From the NCBI GenBank assembly GCA_050248855.1, contig JBFWRP010000015.1:1-40497 (forward strand): a stretch of 40,497 nt of DNA, written 5' to 3'. Shown one piece after another: positions 19,849-28,240 of this stretch. Within the stretch, counting starts at the first letter, position 1. Each line of letters starts with the position of its first letter. The DNA is from Planctomycetota bacterium (GTDB lineage Bacteria; Planctomycetota; PLA2; JAEUHO01). The position numbers and the translations under genes are program-made. The notes beneath the pieces were generated by a model. The model was not told the DNA's origin and ran no database searches. It saw only the letters and a program-made list of their open reading frames with translations.

Positions 19849-20942
19849 CACGACTCGGCCTCCACGGCTACGGACGCGCGGTCGAGCGCGACGGCCAGGC
19901 GTTCCCAGAGCCGGAGCGGTTCCATGGGGCGCGGGCGGTAGGCCGCGACGAGCTCGTCGTGGTGACGCCCCATGAGGACGATGCCGAACGGGCCCTCGAC
20001 GGTGCAGCGCTTGAGGCCGCCCATGTCGAGCTCCCCGACGCGGTGCGTGAGCGTCCGGGCCAGCGTCTGCACGGCGCGGGCGAGCCCCGTCGTGTCGTCC
20101 GTGAGCCCGTGCTCCTTCGAGCCGTGGGCGAGGAGGGTGCCGTTGGCGCGGAGCACGGCGATCTCCTCGGCCACGCCCTGCTTGAGCGCCGAGGTCACGG
20201 CGCGATGGGCACGCTCGCCTTGCACCTGCGCGGCAACGTGCGTGTCGCGGAAGAGAGGCCACGCCTCGGGGTCGTGGGCCAGTCGGCCCGCGATCTCGAG
20301 CCGCTCGAGAAGTCCCTCGTGTGCATCGTGCGACGTGTCTTCCACGTCGGCCGCCGTGGCCTCGAGGACCCGCCGGACGTCGTCCTGCTCGCCAGCGAGC
20401 TCCTCGAGCTTCTCCCGCGCATGGCGGAGGCGCGAGCGGGCACCCACGCACCAGTACAGGCGCGCGAGGCACAGCCACGTGCGCAGGTCGCCCGACGCCA
20501 GCTCGGCGGCCCGCACCAGGTGACCATGGGCTTCGTAGCCCGAACGGCTGTCCAGCGTGGCGAGGTAGGTCTCGAGCTCGATCTGCCCCAGCTGCCGATG
20601 CGCGCGTGCATCGTCGGGATGCGCTTCCGCGTAGCCGTGCGCCGTACGCCGGGCCTCCTCGTGCAGGCCGAGGTCGGCGTACAGCTCGACCAGCTCGGCG
20701 AAGGCGTCCGGGTCCTTGCGATGGACCACGGCCGAGCGCAGGTCCTGCTGGCGCGTGCGCGTCGCGACGCGACGGATCACGAGGTACAGCTCGCGCAGGC
20801 GCGTCGAGCCGGGATGGTCCTTGAGCCCCCGGCTGGCCACGGCCTCGGCCTCGGCCAGCGAGCCGGCCGTCAGCAGGCGATGCGCGCGCGCGTGTGCACG
20901 CGTCGCAGAGCGTCCGGGGAAGATGTCGCGCAACCGTCCCAC
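19848..20942 (-). CDS. TPR-repeat protein with C-terminal roadblock-like domain
   Basis: GTG 20942 with AGGGAG RBS; TPR-like HPDDARAHRQLG; C-terminal IAVLRANGTLLA..ELDMGGLKRCTVEGPFGIVLM. Confidence 0.72.
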   Translation of the reverse strand: MGRLRDIFPGRSATRAHARAHRLLTAGSLAEAEAVASRGLKDHPGSTRLRELYLVIRRVATRTRQQDLRSAVVHRKDPDAFAELVELYADLGLHEEARRTAHGYAEAHPDDARAHRQLGQIELETYLATLDSRSGYEAHGHLVRAAELASGDLRTWLCLARLYWCVGARSRLRHAREKLEELAGEQDDVRRVLEATAADVEDTSHDAHEGLLERLEIAGRLAHDPEAWPLFRDTHVAAQVQGERAHRAVTSALKQGVAEEIAVLRANGTLLAHGSKEHGLTDDTTGLARAVQTLARTLTHRVGELDMGGLKRCTVEGPFGIVLMGRHHDELVAAYRPRPMEPLRLWERLAVALDRASVAVEAES

Positions 20943-20975
20943 GAGGGCTCCCTGGTCACGAACCGAGTCATCTGG

Positions 20976-21008
20976 CCTATCGACCAGCCCCCCGCGGCGG
21001 GTGAAGCC
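20976..21008 (-). promoter_or_regulatory. Putative sigma28 (FliA/WhiG)-like internal promoter
   Basis: GGCTTCA-N17-GTCGATAGG upstream of the TPR-roadblock gene; same layout as 24381-24413. Confidence 0.45.
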
Positions 21009-21040
21009 CACGGCCGCGAAGCCTTTGCGGGGCTCCCGCC

Positions 21041-24000
21041 CTACCGCTGGACGCCGACCAGGGCGCCCTCCACGGGGACCACGACGCGCTCCGACGTCAC
21101 GGCCGGGGCGGCCGTCGGCGGGGCGCCGAGGTCCGCCTCGAGCACGACGTGGCCGCCGCGGGCGAGGTCGAGGGCTTGGAGGCGGCCGCGGCTGTCGACC
21201 ACGAACAGCGTGCTTCCGTCCAGGGTCCAGTGGCGGGCCGTGGCGGCGACACGGTCCAGGGGCTCGCGAATGGCGCGGCGGGGCTGGGCGCGCACGGCGC
21301 CACCGGCCTCCATCCAGACGATCCCCTCGGGGCCGACGGCCGGATGCGGGCGCAGCCGCGGCGCGGCTTCGTCGAGTACCTCGATGCGGCCGTCGGCGTG
21401 CGCGACACGGAAGCCGCGGGGACCGTGCTCCAGGAGGGCCACGCCCGTGCCGAAGGGCAGGGCGAGCACGGGGCCGGTCGTGGAGCGGAGCAGCGTCTTG
21501 ACCTTGCCCGTGGCGGGTTCGATGGCCAGTGCCGCGCCGCCGAGCGTGCCCACGACGAAGCCCAGGCCCGAGGCGTACGGCGTCTGCGACGGCGCCGACT
21601 CCAAGCGCCGGGCCCAGAGGTGCTTGCCGCTCTCGGCGTCCAGGCCGTAGGCGTTGCCGGCGCTGTCCACGACGAGGATCACGCCCTCGGCCATGGCGGG
21701 GCTCTGCTCGATCCCCATCTGCGTCTCGAAGCTCCAGGGCTCCATGTACGGGGGAGCGACCCGGAGGAAGCGCGAGCGCTGGACCCGCCACGCGGTGCCG
21801 CCCGGCAGCGCGCCGCCGCGCTCCATGCCGTCGGCGTCGGCCCCCGCCACGCTGCCCTCGCGGGCTTCGCCGGTGGCCAGGTCCACGCCGTGCACGCGCC
21901 GGCCATCGCTGCGCAGCACGATCACGCCATCGTCCTCGACCCAGAGGTCGCGCACGCTGGCGAGCTCCTCGCTGCGCCAGATCGGGCCGCGTGCGAGCGA
22001 GGCGCCGAGGATCGGCGACCACGAGTCGATGCGCGGGTCCGCGGTCTGCAGCCAGAACAGGCACGGAAGCTCGAACGTCGCCCGCTCGTGCCCGGTCTTG
22101 CGCAGCTCGAGCCGCGGCTGCTCGGACGTCGCGCTCCACGTCACGGTGCACGGCGTCACGAGGCCCGTGTCCTTGCCGTCGAGCAGGACCCGCGCCGCAG
22201 GCGGCGTCGATCGGACGACCGCGCCGAATCGGATCTCGCTCTCCAGGCCGGTGCCGATCAGGGCGCGCAGGCCCTCGATCGCGCGGCGGTATGCCTCGCC
22301 CTCGTGGCCTCGACCACGAGCCTCCTCGATACGAGCCACGATCTTCTCCGCGCCGTCGAGGATCTCGTTGACGTGGGCCAGCTGGCGCGTGGCGTTCTCG
22401 GCCACGCCCTCGTCGGCCCAGCCGAACGCGTGCGCGATGCGGAAGTGGTCGCGGGCGTAGCGCAGCCGGCGCTGGCGCAGGGCGCCCAGGCCCACCTCGT
22501 AGGCGTCGCGGGCCTGGTCGAGCAGCCCCCGGACGCGTGCGGCGCCCGCTGCTTCGATCGCCTCGAGCCGCTCCTCGAGCGTCGCCAAGCGCTTGCGCTG
22601 CGCGCTCTCGCCGTCGCCGGTCGGCGTCCGCTCGATCTCCGCGGCAAAGGCTTCGAGGTCCGGGGTGGGCTCGCGCACCACGCGCCCCAGCACCGCCACG
22701 TGTTCGTCGGCAGCGTGGCGCACCTCCTCGGGCCCGACCTCGCCGAGACGGGCGCGCTCGCGCAGACCGATGAACTCGCTCGCGAGACGCTCGACTTCGC
22801 GTTCCACGCGCGACACGGCATCCCCGGCGTGCTGCTCGGCGGCGCCCAGCGCCACCTCGGTCTGCTGGTGGTGGTTCCACCACAGCACGCCGACGGCGCC
22901 GACCGCCGTCACCAAGGCAATCAGGGCGAAGCGCAGGCGCGCGCGCTGGTGGCGCGTGCGGCGCTGGGTATCGAGCTCGGCCAGGCGGCGGCGGGCGGCG
23001 CCGCAGCCCGGGTCCAAGGCGAGCGCCCGGCGCAACAGCTCGCGGCCCGAGGTGCTGCGTCCGGCCTCCAGCTGCTCTTCGGCGCGCTGCGTCAGCGCCT
23101 GCGCGGCCTTGTGCGGGAGGTCGGCCTGGGCGTAGAGGTCGGCGAGGACACGCAGGTCCTCGCCCGGTGCGTCGTCGTTCTCGAGGAACGTGGCGAGGCG
23201 CTGGGCGGCCTCCCGGGCATCGGTCACGCTCACGGCGTGGCGGATCACGAGCCCCAAGGCCCGTCGCGCCTCGTCGACGCGGCCGCGCAGCTCGACGCGA
23301 TGCTGGAGGTAGAGGTCGCAAATGCGCCGCGCCACCCCGGGGTCGTTCTCGCGCAGCGCGAGCACGCGAAGGAGGGCTTCCAGGGCACCCTCGACGTCCG
23401 CGCCGCCGTGCTGACGGACGAAGCCCTCGAGCACGGCGATCGCCTCGTCGGGGCGTCCCAGGTGGGCAGCCACCTCGGCAAGGCGGAACCGCGTACGCGG
23501 CGGCGCGTCGCCCCGCGTCACGGCCAGGCGCAGCAGGGGGATGGCGCCCTCCTCGAGGTTGGCCTCGCACTGCAGCTCGGCGCGTTCCAGGAGGTCCTCG
23601 GTCGATACGGCGTGCGCGCCGCCGGCCTGGGCGACGGCGGCCACCACCTGGGCGGCATCGAAGTGCGACACGTCGCTGGCGTCCGCGAGGTCGGCCACGC
23701 TCCGGTAGCCGTCCAGCTGCGGCAGCACGGCCCGCACGAGATCGGGCGAGACGGGCCCGTCCTCGTCCAGGTCCACGGCCACGCCCGTTCCCTCGAAGAC
23801 CTCGCCGAGGTCGGGCACGACCTGCGAGACGCGCTCCCACTGGTCCATGCAGCGCGCGAGATCGAGCAGCAGACCCTCGACCGGCACCAGCGGTTGCGCG
23901 GGGACGGCCACGTGACCGTCGGCGGCCAGCACGCAGCCGTCGTGGAACTCGAAGTCCTCGACGGCCATCAGCTGCGCATCGAGAAGCCGGTCGACGGCCA

Positions 24001-24328
24001 CCTCGGCATGGAGCGGCTCGCGGTCCCCCGCCTCGAGAACGCCCTCTTCTTCCAGCAGGTCCGCGACGTAGCGGCCTTCGGCGAGGGCACGCCCCAGCGC
24101 GTGCTCGACCGTCTCGCTGCGCACGAGCCGCCGACGCCGCGCCTCGCGGGCGAAGGCACGGCTCAGGTCCGGGTCATCGGCCAGGAAGGTGCACCGGCCG
24201 CGATCCAGGTAGACGCTACGCGGCCCCTGCTCCGTCTTGAGACGCAGCGTCCCCACCTTCTGGTTGAAGGCGAGCATCTGCAGGAGCTCCCGCAGGTCGA
24301 ACGTGTCCAGGGTCCCCTTGAGGGTCAC
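21041..24328 (-). CDS. Membrane protein: DUF4388 + TPRs (cytoplasmic), TM, coiled coil + PEGA + PQQ/BamB-like beta-propeller (periplasmic)
   Basis: Start re-called at GTG 24328 (TLKGTLDTFDLRELLQML..KVGTLRL, a DUF4388-type start); TM LRFALIALVTAVGAVGVLWW; PEGA VRSTPPAARVLLDGKDTGLVTP; PQQ repeat GNAYGLDAESGKHLW. Confidence 0.82.
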   Translation of the reverse strand: MTLKGTLDTFDLRELLQMLAFNQKVGTLRLKTEQGPRSVYLDRGRCTFLADDPDLSRAFAREARRRRLVRSETVEHALGRALAEGRYVADLLEEEGVLEAGDREPLHAEVAVDRLLDAQLMAVEDFEFHDGCVLAADGHVAVPAQPLVPVEGLLLDLARCMDQWERVSQVVPDLGEVFEGTGVAVDLDEDGPVSPDLVRAVLPQLDGYRSVADLADASDVSHFDAAQVVAAVAQAGGAHAVSTEDLLERAELQCEANLEEGAIPLLRLAVTRGDAPPRTRFRLAEVAAHLGRPDEAIAVLEGFVRQHGGADVEGALEALLRVLALRENDPGVARRICDLYLQHRVELRGRVDEARRALGLVIRHAVSVTDAREAAQRLATFLENDDAPGEDLRVLADLYAQADLPHKAAQALTQRAEEQLEAGRSTSGRELLRRALALDPGCGAARRRLAELDTQRRTRHQRARLRFALIALVTAVGAVGVLWWNHHQQTEVALGAAEQHAGDAVSRVEREVERLASEFIGLRERARLGEVGPEEVRHAADEHVAVLGRVVREPTPDLEAFAAEIERTPTGDGESAQRKRLATLEERLEAIEAAGAARVRGLLDQARDAYEVGLGALRQRRLRYARDHFRIAHAFGWADEGVAENATRQLAHVNEILDGAEKIVARIEEARGRGHEGEAYRRAIEGLRALIGTGLESEIRFGAVVRSTPPAARVLLDGKDTGLVTPCTVTWSATSEQPRLELRKTGHERATFELPCLFWLQTADPRIDSWSPILGASLARGPIWRSEELASVRDLWVEDDGVIVLRSDGRRVHGVDLATGEAREGSVAGADADGMERGGALPGGTAWRVQRSRFLRVAPPYMEPWSFETQMGIEQSPAMAEGVILVVDSAGNAYGLDAESGKHLWARRLESAPSQTPYASGLGFVVGTLGGAALAIEPATGKVKTLLRSTTGPVLALPFGTGVALLEHGPRGFRVAHADGRIEVLDEAAPRLRPHPAVGPEGIVWMEAGGAVRAQPRRAIREPLDRVAATARHWTLDGSTLFVVDSRGRLQALDLARGGHVVLEADLGAPPTAAPAVTSERVVVPVEGALVGVQR

Positions 24329-24380
24329 GCCGGGCCTCGCATCGGGTGAGAACGGGCTTCGGCCGCCACGGCCGCGGGGT

Positions 24381-24413
24381 CCTATCGGCCGGTTCCGGCG
24401 GCCCGATGTAGCC
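24381..24413 (-). promoter_or_regulatory. Putative sigma28 (FliA/WhiG)-like promoter of the mgl operon
   Basis: GGCTACA-N17-GCCGATAGG; the -10 matches GCCGATAA consensus, about 50 bp upstream of the start. Confidence 0.5.
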
Positions 24414-24583
24414 GTCCGCCGGCCGGGCCCCGACCTCGGACGTCGCGGCGCGGCCTCGCGGACGCGGTCGGGGAGGCCGCCCCGAGGGGCCGTACCCGGG
24501 CCAGGGTCCCGGTCGTCAGCGGCTCGGGGGGCGAGGTCGTAGCCAGTTCGTCGTACCATCACCACCCACACAGGAGACGCTCG

Positions 24584-25090
24584 ATGTCGCTGGGCCTTCG
24601 CCGACTTGCCGCGCGCTTGGACGCTTGGGTCTGGGACCTGCGCGGTCGCCGGCGCATGCGGCGTGGCGACCCCCGCGGCGCCATCCGTGCCTACGAGATG
24701 GCGCGTCGCCGGCGGGGTCCGCGCTGGACCACGGCCATGGCGTTGGCCGTCGGGCACCTCTGCGCACGCGAGCTGGCCGAGGCCCGCCGCTGGCTGGCGG
24801 AGGGTCGCGAGGTCGACCCGCAGCGCTACGAGCGCGAGGCGGCCCTCTTCCTGGCCCGGCACGGTTTCGACCTCGACGCCGTCCAGCGCCTGGCGGCGGG
24901 CCCACGGCGGCAGGGCCCCGCCGTCAGCGCCACGGTCCGGCCTTCGCGACGGGGGGCCGAGGCCCTGCCCTACGGCGACTGCGCGGACCTCGACGAGTAC
25001 GCCCGCTTCTCGGCGATGCCGCCGATCACCCCCGCCGAGATGGCCTCCATCGACTGGGACGACGTGCTCGAGGATCTCCTCGAGGAGTAG
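24584..25090 (+). CDS. Hypothetical protein (TPR-like N-half, acidic C-terminus)
   Basis: AGGAG RBS and TACCAT -10-like box upstream; helical-repeat-like N-half; ends IDWDDVLEDLLEE. Confidence 0.65.
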   Translation: MSLGLRRLAARLDAWVWDLRGRRRMRRGDPRGAIRAYEMARRRRGPRWTTAMALAVGHLCARELAEARRWLAEGREVDPQRYEREAALFLARHGFDLDAVQRLAAGPRRQGPAVSATVRPSRRGAEALPYGDCADLDEYARFSAMPPITPAEMASIDWDDVLEDLLEE

Positions 25091-25333
25091 GAGCGTCAGA
25101 TGCCCGGCGGCAGCCCCGCGCTGTCGTCCTTGCGTGGGAAGCCCGCGGGGCGCCCTCCAGCGCTCGCTGGCGCCTTCGCCCTGACGAGCGGCCCGGAAGG
25201 GGTGGGTGGGCGCAGGCAGGTGCCGTTGAACCGTCGACGTGCGGCTGCGTTCGCACCTGGGCGGGCTGATCGCTTCCGCCAGGTGCCCTCGTCTGGGTGC
25301 CGCGCAGCGCATCCGTCCGCGGAGGGTGTCGCC

Positions 25334-26764
25334 ATGCGTGGCATGAAATGGTGGCTCGTGGCCCTGGCCGTGTGTGCCGTGACGTCGGGGGGCGCCTCGA
25401 CGCCGGCAGGTGCCGAGGACGAAGCGCGCGACGACGCTGCTGCCGTGAAGGCCCTCGACGTGATGCGCTTGCGCATGGAGGCGTTGCTGGGCGAAGCCGA
25501 TGTGCTCGTGCGCCTGGGTCGACTCGATGAGGCGCTTGCCGTCTACCGCGAAGTGGGCACGGCCTACGAACGTGGTCTGCAGAGCCTCGGCGGGTTCCTG
25601 TCCGGTGTCCGGGGACGTCGTGCGTCCGTGGACCATGCGGGCGCGGCTGCCACGCAGCCGGCCGCCACGCGGCCTGCAGCGGGCGAGATCGGCGACGCAC
25701 GCGGTGCGGTGGATGCCGGCTTGGCGTGGCTGGCCGCCCATCAAGCCGAGGACGGGCACTGGGACGCGGCCTTGCCACCGAGTGGCGACGCAGGCGTCGG
25801 TGTCGGCAGCCGCGTGACGGGCAAGCCGATCTTCAACGTCGGCGTCACGGGCCTCGCCACGATGGCGTTCCTCGGAGCGGGGCACTCGCCAACGGGTGAG
25901 GGGCCCTACGCGGCGACGGTCGCCCGGGCCCTGCAGTACCTGCTGGCCACACAGGACCACGAGGGGTGCTTCGGCCCGCGCGTCACGCAGCAGTACATCT
26001 ACGGTCACCTCATCGCCAGCCTCGTGGTCTGCGAGGCCTACGGCCTGAGCGGCGATGCGCGACTTCGCGAGCCGGCCCAGCGCGGCGTCGCCTTCACCCT
26101 CTTGGCGCGAAACCCATACATGGGCTGGCGCTACGGCGTCAAGCCGGGCGACAACGACACGTCCGTCACGTCCTGGGCGGTCCTGTCCCTGGCCAGCGCA
26201 CGGCTCACGCTGGGCGCGTCCGAACCGATCGCGGGGCTTGCCGAGGCGATGCAGGGCGCGCTCGCGTGGCTGGAGAAGGTCACCGACCTCCAGACGGGTC
26301 GCATCGGCTACATCGCGCGAGGCAGCGGGCCTGCGCGACCGCAGGAGATGTTGGATCGATTCCCTTCGGACCAGAGCGAAGCCATGACGTCGGCGGGCAC
26401 GCTCGCGCGCCTGCTCGCCGGTGTTCCCGCCACGGACCGGACCGTGCAGCTGTCGGCCCGGCTCATCCAGGACAAGCCACCCGTCTGGAACGAGGCGAGC
26501 GGCCAGATCGACATGGTCCACTGGTACTTCGGGACGCTGGCGGCCTACCAGCTCGGTGGTGCGGTCTGGAACACGTGGCAGCCCGCCTTGGCCCGTGCCG
26601 TCTTCGCGACCCAGCTCCGTTCGGGGGACGACGCCGGCTCCTGGGACCCCGCCGGGCCTTGGGGCCCCGATGGGGGGCGGGTCTACAGCACGGCCCTCAT
26701 GACGCTCTGCGCCGAGGTCCTGATGCGCTACGGGCAGGTCCCCGGAACGGGCGGGGGGCGTTGA
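25334..26764 (+). CDS. Secreted prenyltransferase/squalene-oxidase-repeat (alpha/alpha toroid) protein
   Basis: Signal peptide; QW-like repeats WLAAHQAEDGHW, YLLATQDHEGCF, GWRY..DTSVTSW, GSWDP..GGRVYSTA; GGAGG RBS. Confidence 0.85.
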   Translation: MRGMKWWLVALAVCAVTSGGASTPAGAEDEARDDAAAVKALDVMRLRMEALLGEADVLVRLGRLDEALAVYREVGTAYERGLQSLGGFLSGVRGRRASVDHAGAAATQPAATRPAAGEIGDARGAVDAGLAWLAAHQAEDGHWDAALPPSGDAGVGVGSRVTGKPIFNVGVTGLATMAFLGAGHSPTGEGPYAATVARALQYLLATQDHEGCFGPRVTQQYIYGHLIASLVVCEAYGLSGDARLREPAQRGVAFTLLARNPYMGWRYGVKPGDNDTSVTSWAVLSLASARLTLGASEPIAGLAEAMQGALAWLEKVTDLQTGRIGYIARGSGPARPQEMLDRFPSDQSEAMTSAGTLARLLAGVPATDRTVQLSARLIQDKPPVWNEASGQIDMVHWYFGTLAAYQLGGAVWNTWQPALARAVFATQLRSGDDAGSWDPAGPWGPDGGRVYSTALMTLCAEVLMRYGQVPGTGGGR

Positions 26765-26853
26765 CGCACGGAGTGTCCGCCATCCCCGCGCTCCGGGCTT
26801 GAGGGCCGGGCAGGGCGGGCTACCCTGCCCCGCTTGTCCCCGGGAGACGCGCC

Positions 26854-26952
26854 ATGGCCGTCAACAACCGTCGCGTGAAGAAGGCCAACCACGGCAAGCG
26901 CCCGTGCTCCAACGAGCGCCAGAAGAAGAGCCGCATCCGCACCCCGCGGTGA
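26854..26952 (+). CDS. bL37-like small ribosomal protein (32 aa, not in ORF track)
   Basis: MAVNNRRVKKANHGKRPCSNERQKKSRIRTPR; KANHGKRP motif of bL37; GGGAG RBS; TTGAGG-N16-TACCCT promoter-like element upstream. Confidence 0.8.
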   Translation: MAVNNRRVKKANHGKRPCSNERQKKSRIRTPR

Positions 26953-26989
26953 TGTGCACGTAGGTGCCTGGCGCCCTGCGCGCCACGCG

Positions 26990-28090
26990 CTACTCCTTCT
27001 CCTGCGCGCGCCGGCCGCGGCCGCGTCGCGGGGGCTGGCCGGGCCCGGGAGGCGGCGGCAGACCGCCGCGTGTGCTGCCGCGTCCCGTGATGACGCGCAA
27101 CACCTCGAGCACCGCCTTCAGGTCTCCTGGCAGCGGTGCCTCGAATGCCATGCGCTCTCCCGTTGTCGGGTGGTCCAGCTCGAGGCGCGCGGCGTGCAAC
27201 GGCGTGCGCGTCAGGTGCAGGTCGCGTCCGTTGCGCGGGTCGCGAATGCGCAGCGCGCGTCGACCTCCGTAGAGGGGGTCCACGAGCAGGGGATGGCCGA
27301 TGTGCCGGAGGTGTGCGCGGATCTGGTGCGTGCGGCCCGAGTCGAGCTCGAGGCGCACGCGCGCGGCACGCGTGAAGCGCTCCATGATCGTGTAGCGGGT
27401 GCGCGCCGGACGCCCGCGCCGGGGGTCCACCTCGGCCCGCCCGCCGCGCGGCGGCGCGCGCAGCGGCGCGTCGATGACGCCCTGGTCCTCCTCGGGGGCG
27501 CCACTCGTGATGGCCTCGTACGTCTTCCGCACGCGCCCAGGTTCCGCAAAGGCTGCGATGAGCTTCCGGCGCTGCTCTTCGCCGCGGCACAGCACGAGCA
27601 CGCCTGTCGAGTCGCGGTCGAGCCGATGGACGAGCCCGTAGCCGGAGAGGATCTCGTCGCGCAGGGCATCGAGGATCGTCGGCCGGCCCGGACCGGCGCC
27701 ACCGTGTACGGCCATCCCGGCGGGCTTGTCGACGGCGAGGAGGGTCTCGTCGCGATGGAGCACGCGAACCTCGGCGGGCGGCCGCATGTCGGGCCCCGTG
27801 TGCCGCGGGCGCTTCTCCACGTCGGCAAAGTGCTTCGTCCAGACGGGCAAGTCGAGCTCGTCGCCGGCCTCCACGCGCTGGCCGGGACGCCCCTTGCGGC
27901 CGTTGACCAGGACATGCCCTTCGCGGATCGCCTCCATCAGCTGACGCCGGGACCACGAAGGGAAGTGCTCGGCCAGGAAGCGGTCCAAGCGCGCACCGGC
28001 GAGATGCCCCGGTACACGCGCGTGCCGACGGTCGTCCGCGGGCTGGTCAGCGGGGTCGAGCGGCGGGGTCACGGGCGCTCCGGGCGGCAC
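26990..28090 (-). CDS. RluA-family (RluC/RluD-type) pseudouridine synthase with S4 domain
   Basis: RLDRFL..SRR S4 domain, VDKPAG, HRLDRDSTG, GRTHQIRAH, LHA; exact start uncertain. Confidence 0.92.
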   Translation of the reverse strand: MPPGAPVTPPLDPADQPADDRRHARVPGHLAGARLDRFLAEHFPSWSRRQLMEAIREGHVLVNGRKGRPGQRVEAGDELDLPVWTKHFADVEKRPRHTGPDMRPPAEVRVLHRDETLLAVDKPAGMAVHGGAGPGRPTILDALRDEILSGYGLVHRLDRDSTGVLVLCRGEEQRRKLIAAFAEPGRVRKTYEAITSGAPEEDQGVIDAPLRAPPRGGRAEVDPRRGRPARTRYTIMERFTRAARVRLELDSGRTHQIRAHLRHIGHPLLVDPLYGGRRALRIRDPRNGRDLHLTRTPLHAARLELDHPTTGERMAFEAPLPGDLKAVLEVLRVITGRGSTRGGLPPPPGPGQPPRRGRGRRAQEKE

Positions 28091-28100
28091 GAGGCGGGGG

Positions 28101-28177
28101 TGGTGGGCGGAGAGGGGTTCGAACCCCCGACCTTCTCGGTGTAAGCGAGACGCTCTGACCAGCTGAGCTATCCGCCC
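28101..28177 (-). tRNA. tRNA-Val(TAC)
   Basis: GGGCGGATAGCTCAGCTGGTCAGAGCG-TCTCG-CTTACAC-CGAGA-AGGTCGGGGGTTCGAACCCCTCTCCGCCCACCA; cloverleaf with encoded CCA. Confidence 0.97.
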
Positions 28178-28240
28178 CGCGCGCGATCATCGCACGGGGC
28201 GGGGTACGGGCCCCGGTGTGCGCTGGAGGCGTCGCGGCCG

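Noticed and set aside
20943..23840. N-terminal part of the 1330-aa ORF 19848-23840 (apparent giant fusion or frameshift)
   Set aside because: Off-frame overlap with the DUF4388 gene; the real gene starts at GTG 20942 with its own RBS
24030..24170. MshEN-like c-di-GMP-binding motif within the DUF4388 region
   Set aside because: The RLGxxL..G consensus is degenerate (RAFARE, RYVADLL), so binding cannot be supported
25181..25200. CTGACGA resembling a hammerhead ribozyme core
   Set aside because: No stem II closed by GAAA and no consistent stems I/III
25253..25286. GCACCTGG..CCAGGTGC hairpin upstream of the prenyltransferase-repeat gene
   Set aside because: Single GC-rich hairpin with no U-tract, second copy or recognisable motif
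24329..26521. N-terminal 731 aa of the 1826-aa ORF 21041-26521
   Set aside because: Antisense to two real plus-strand genes; the recognisable protein begins at GTG 24328
28101..28177. tRNA-Val as an integration site for a genomic island
   Set aside because: No integrase, no duplicated tRNA 3' end noticed; flanks are housekeeping genes
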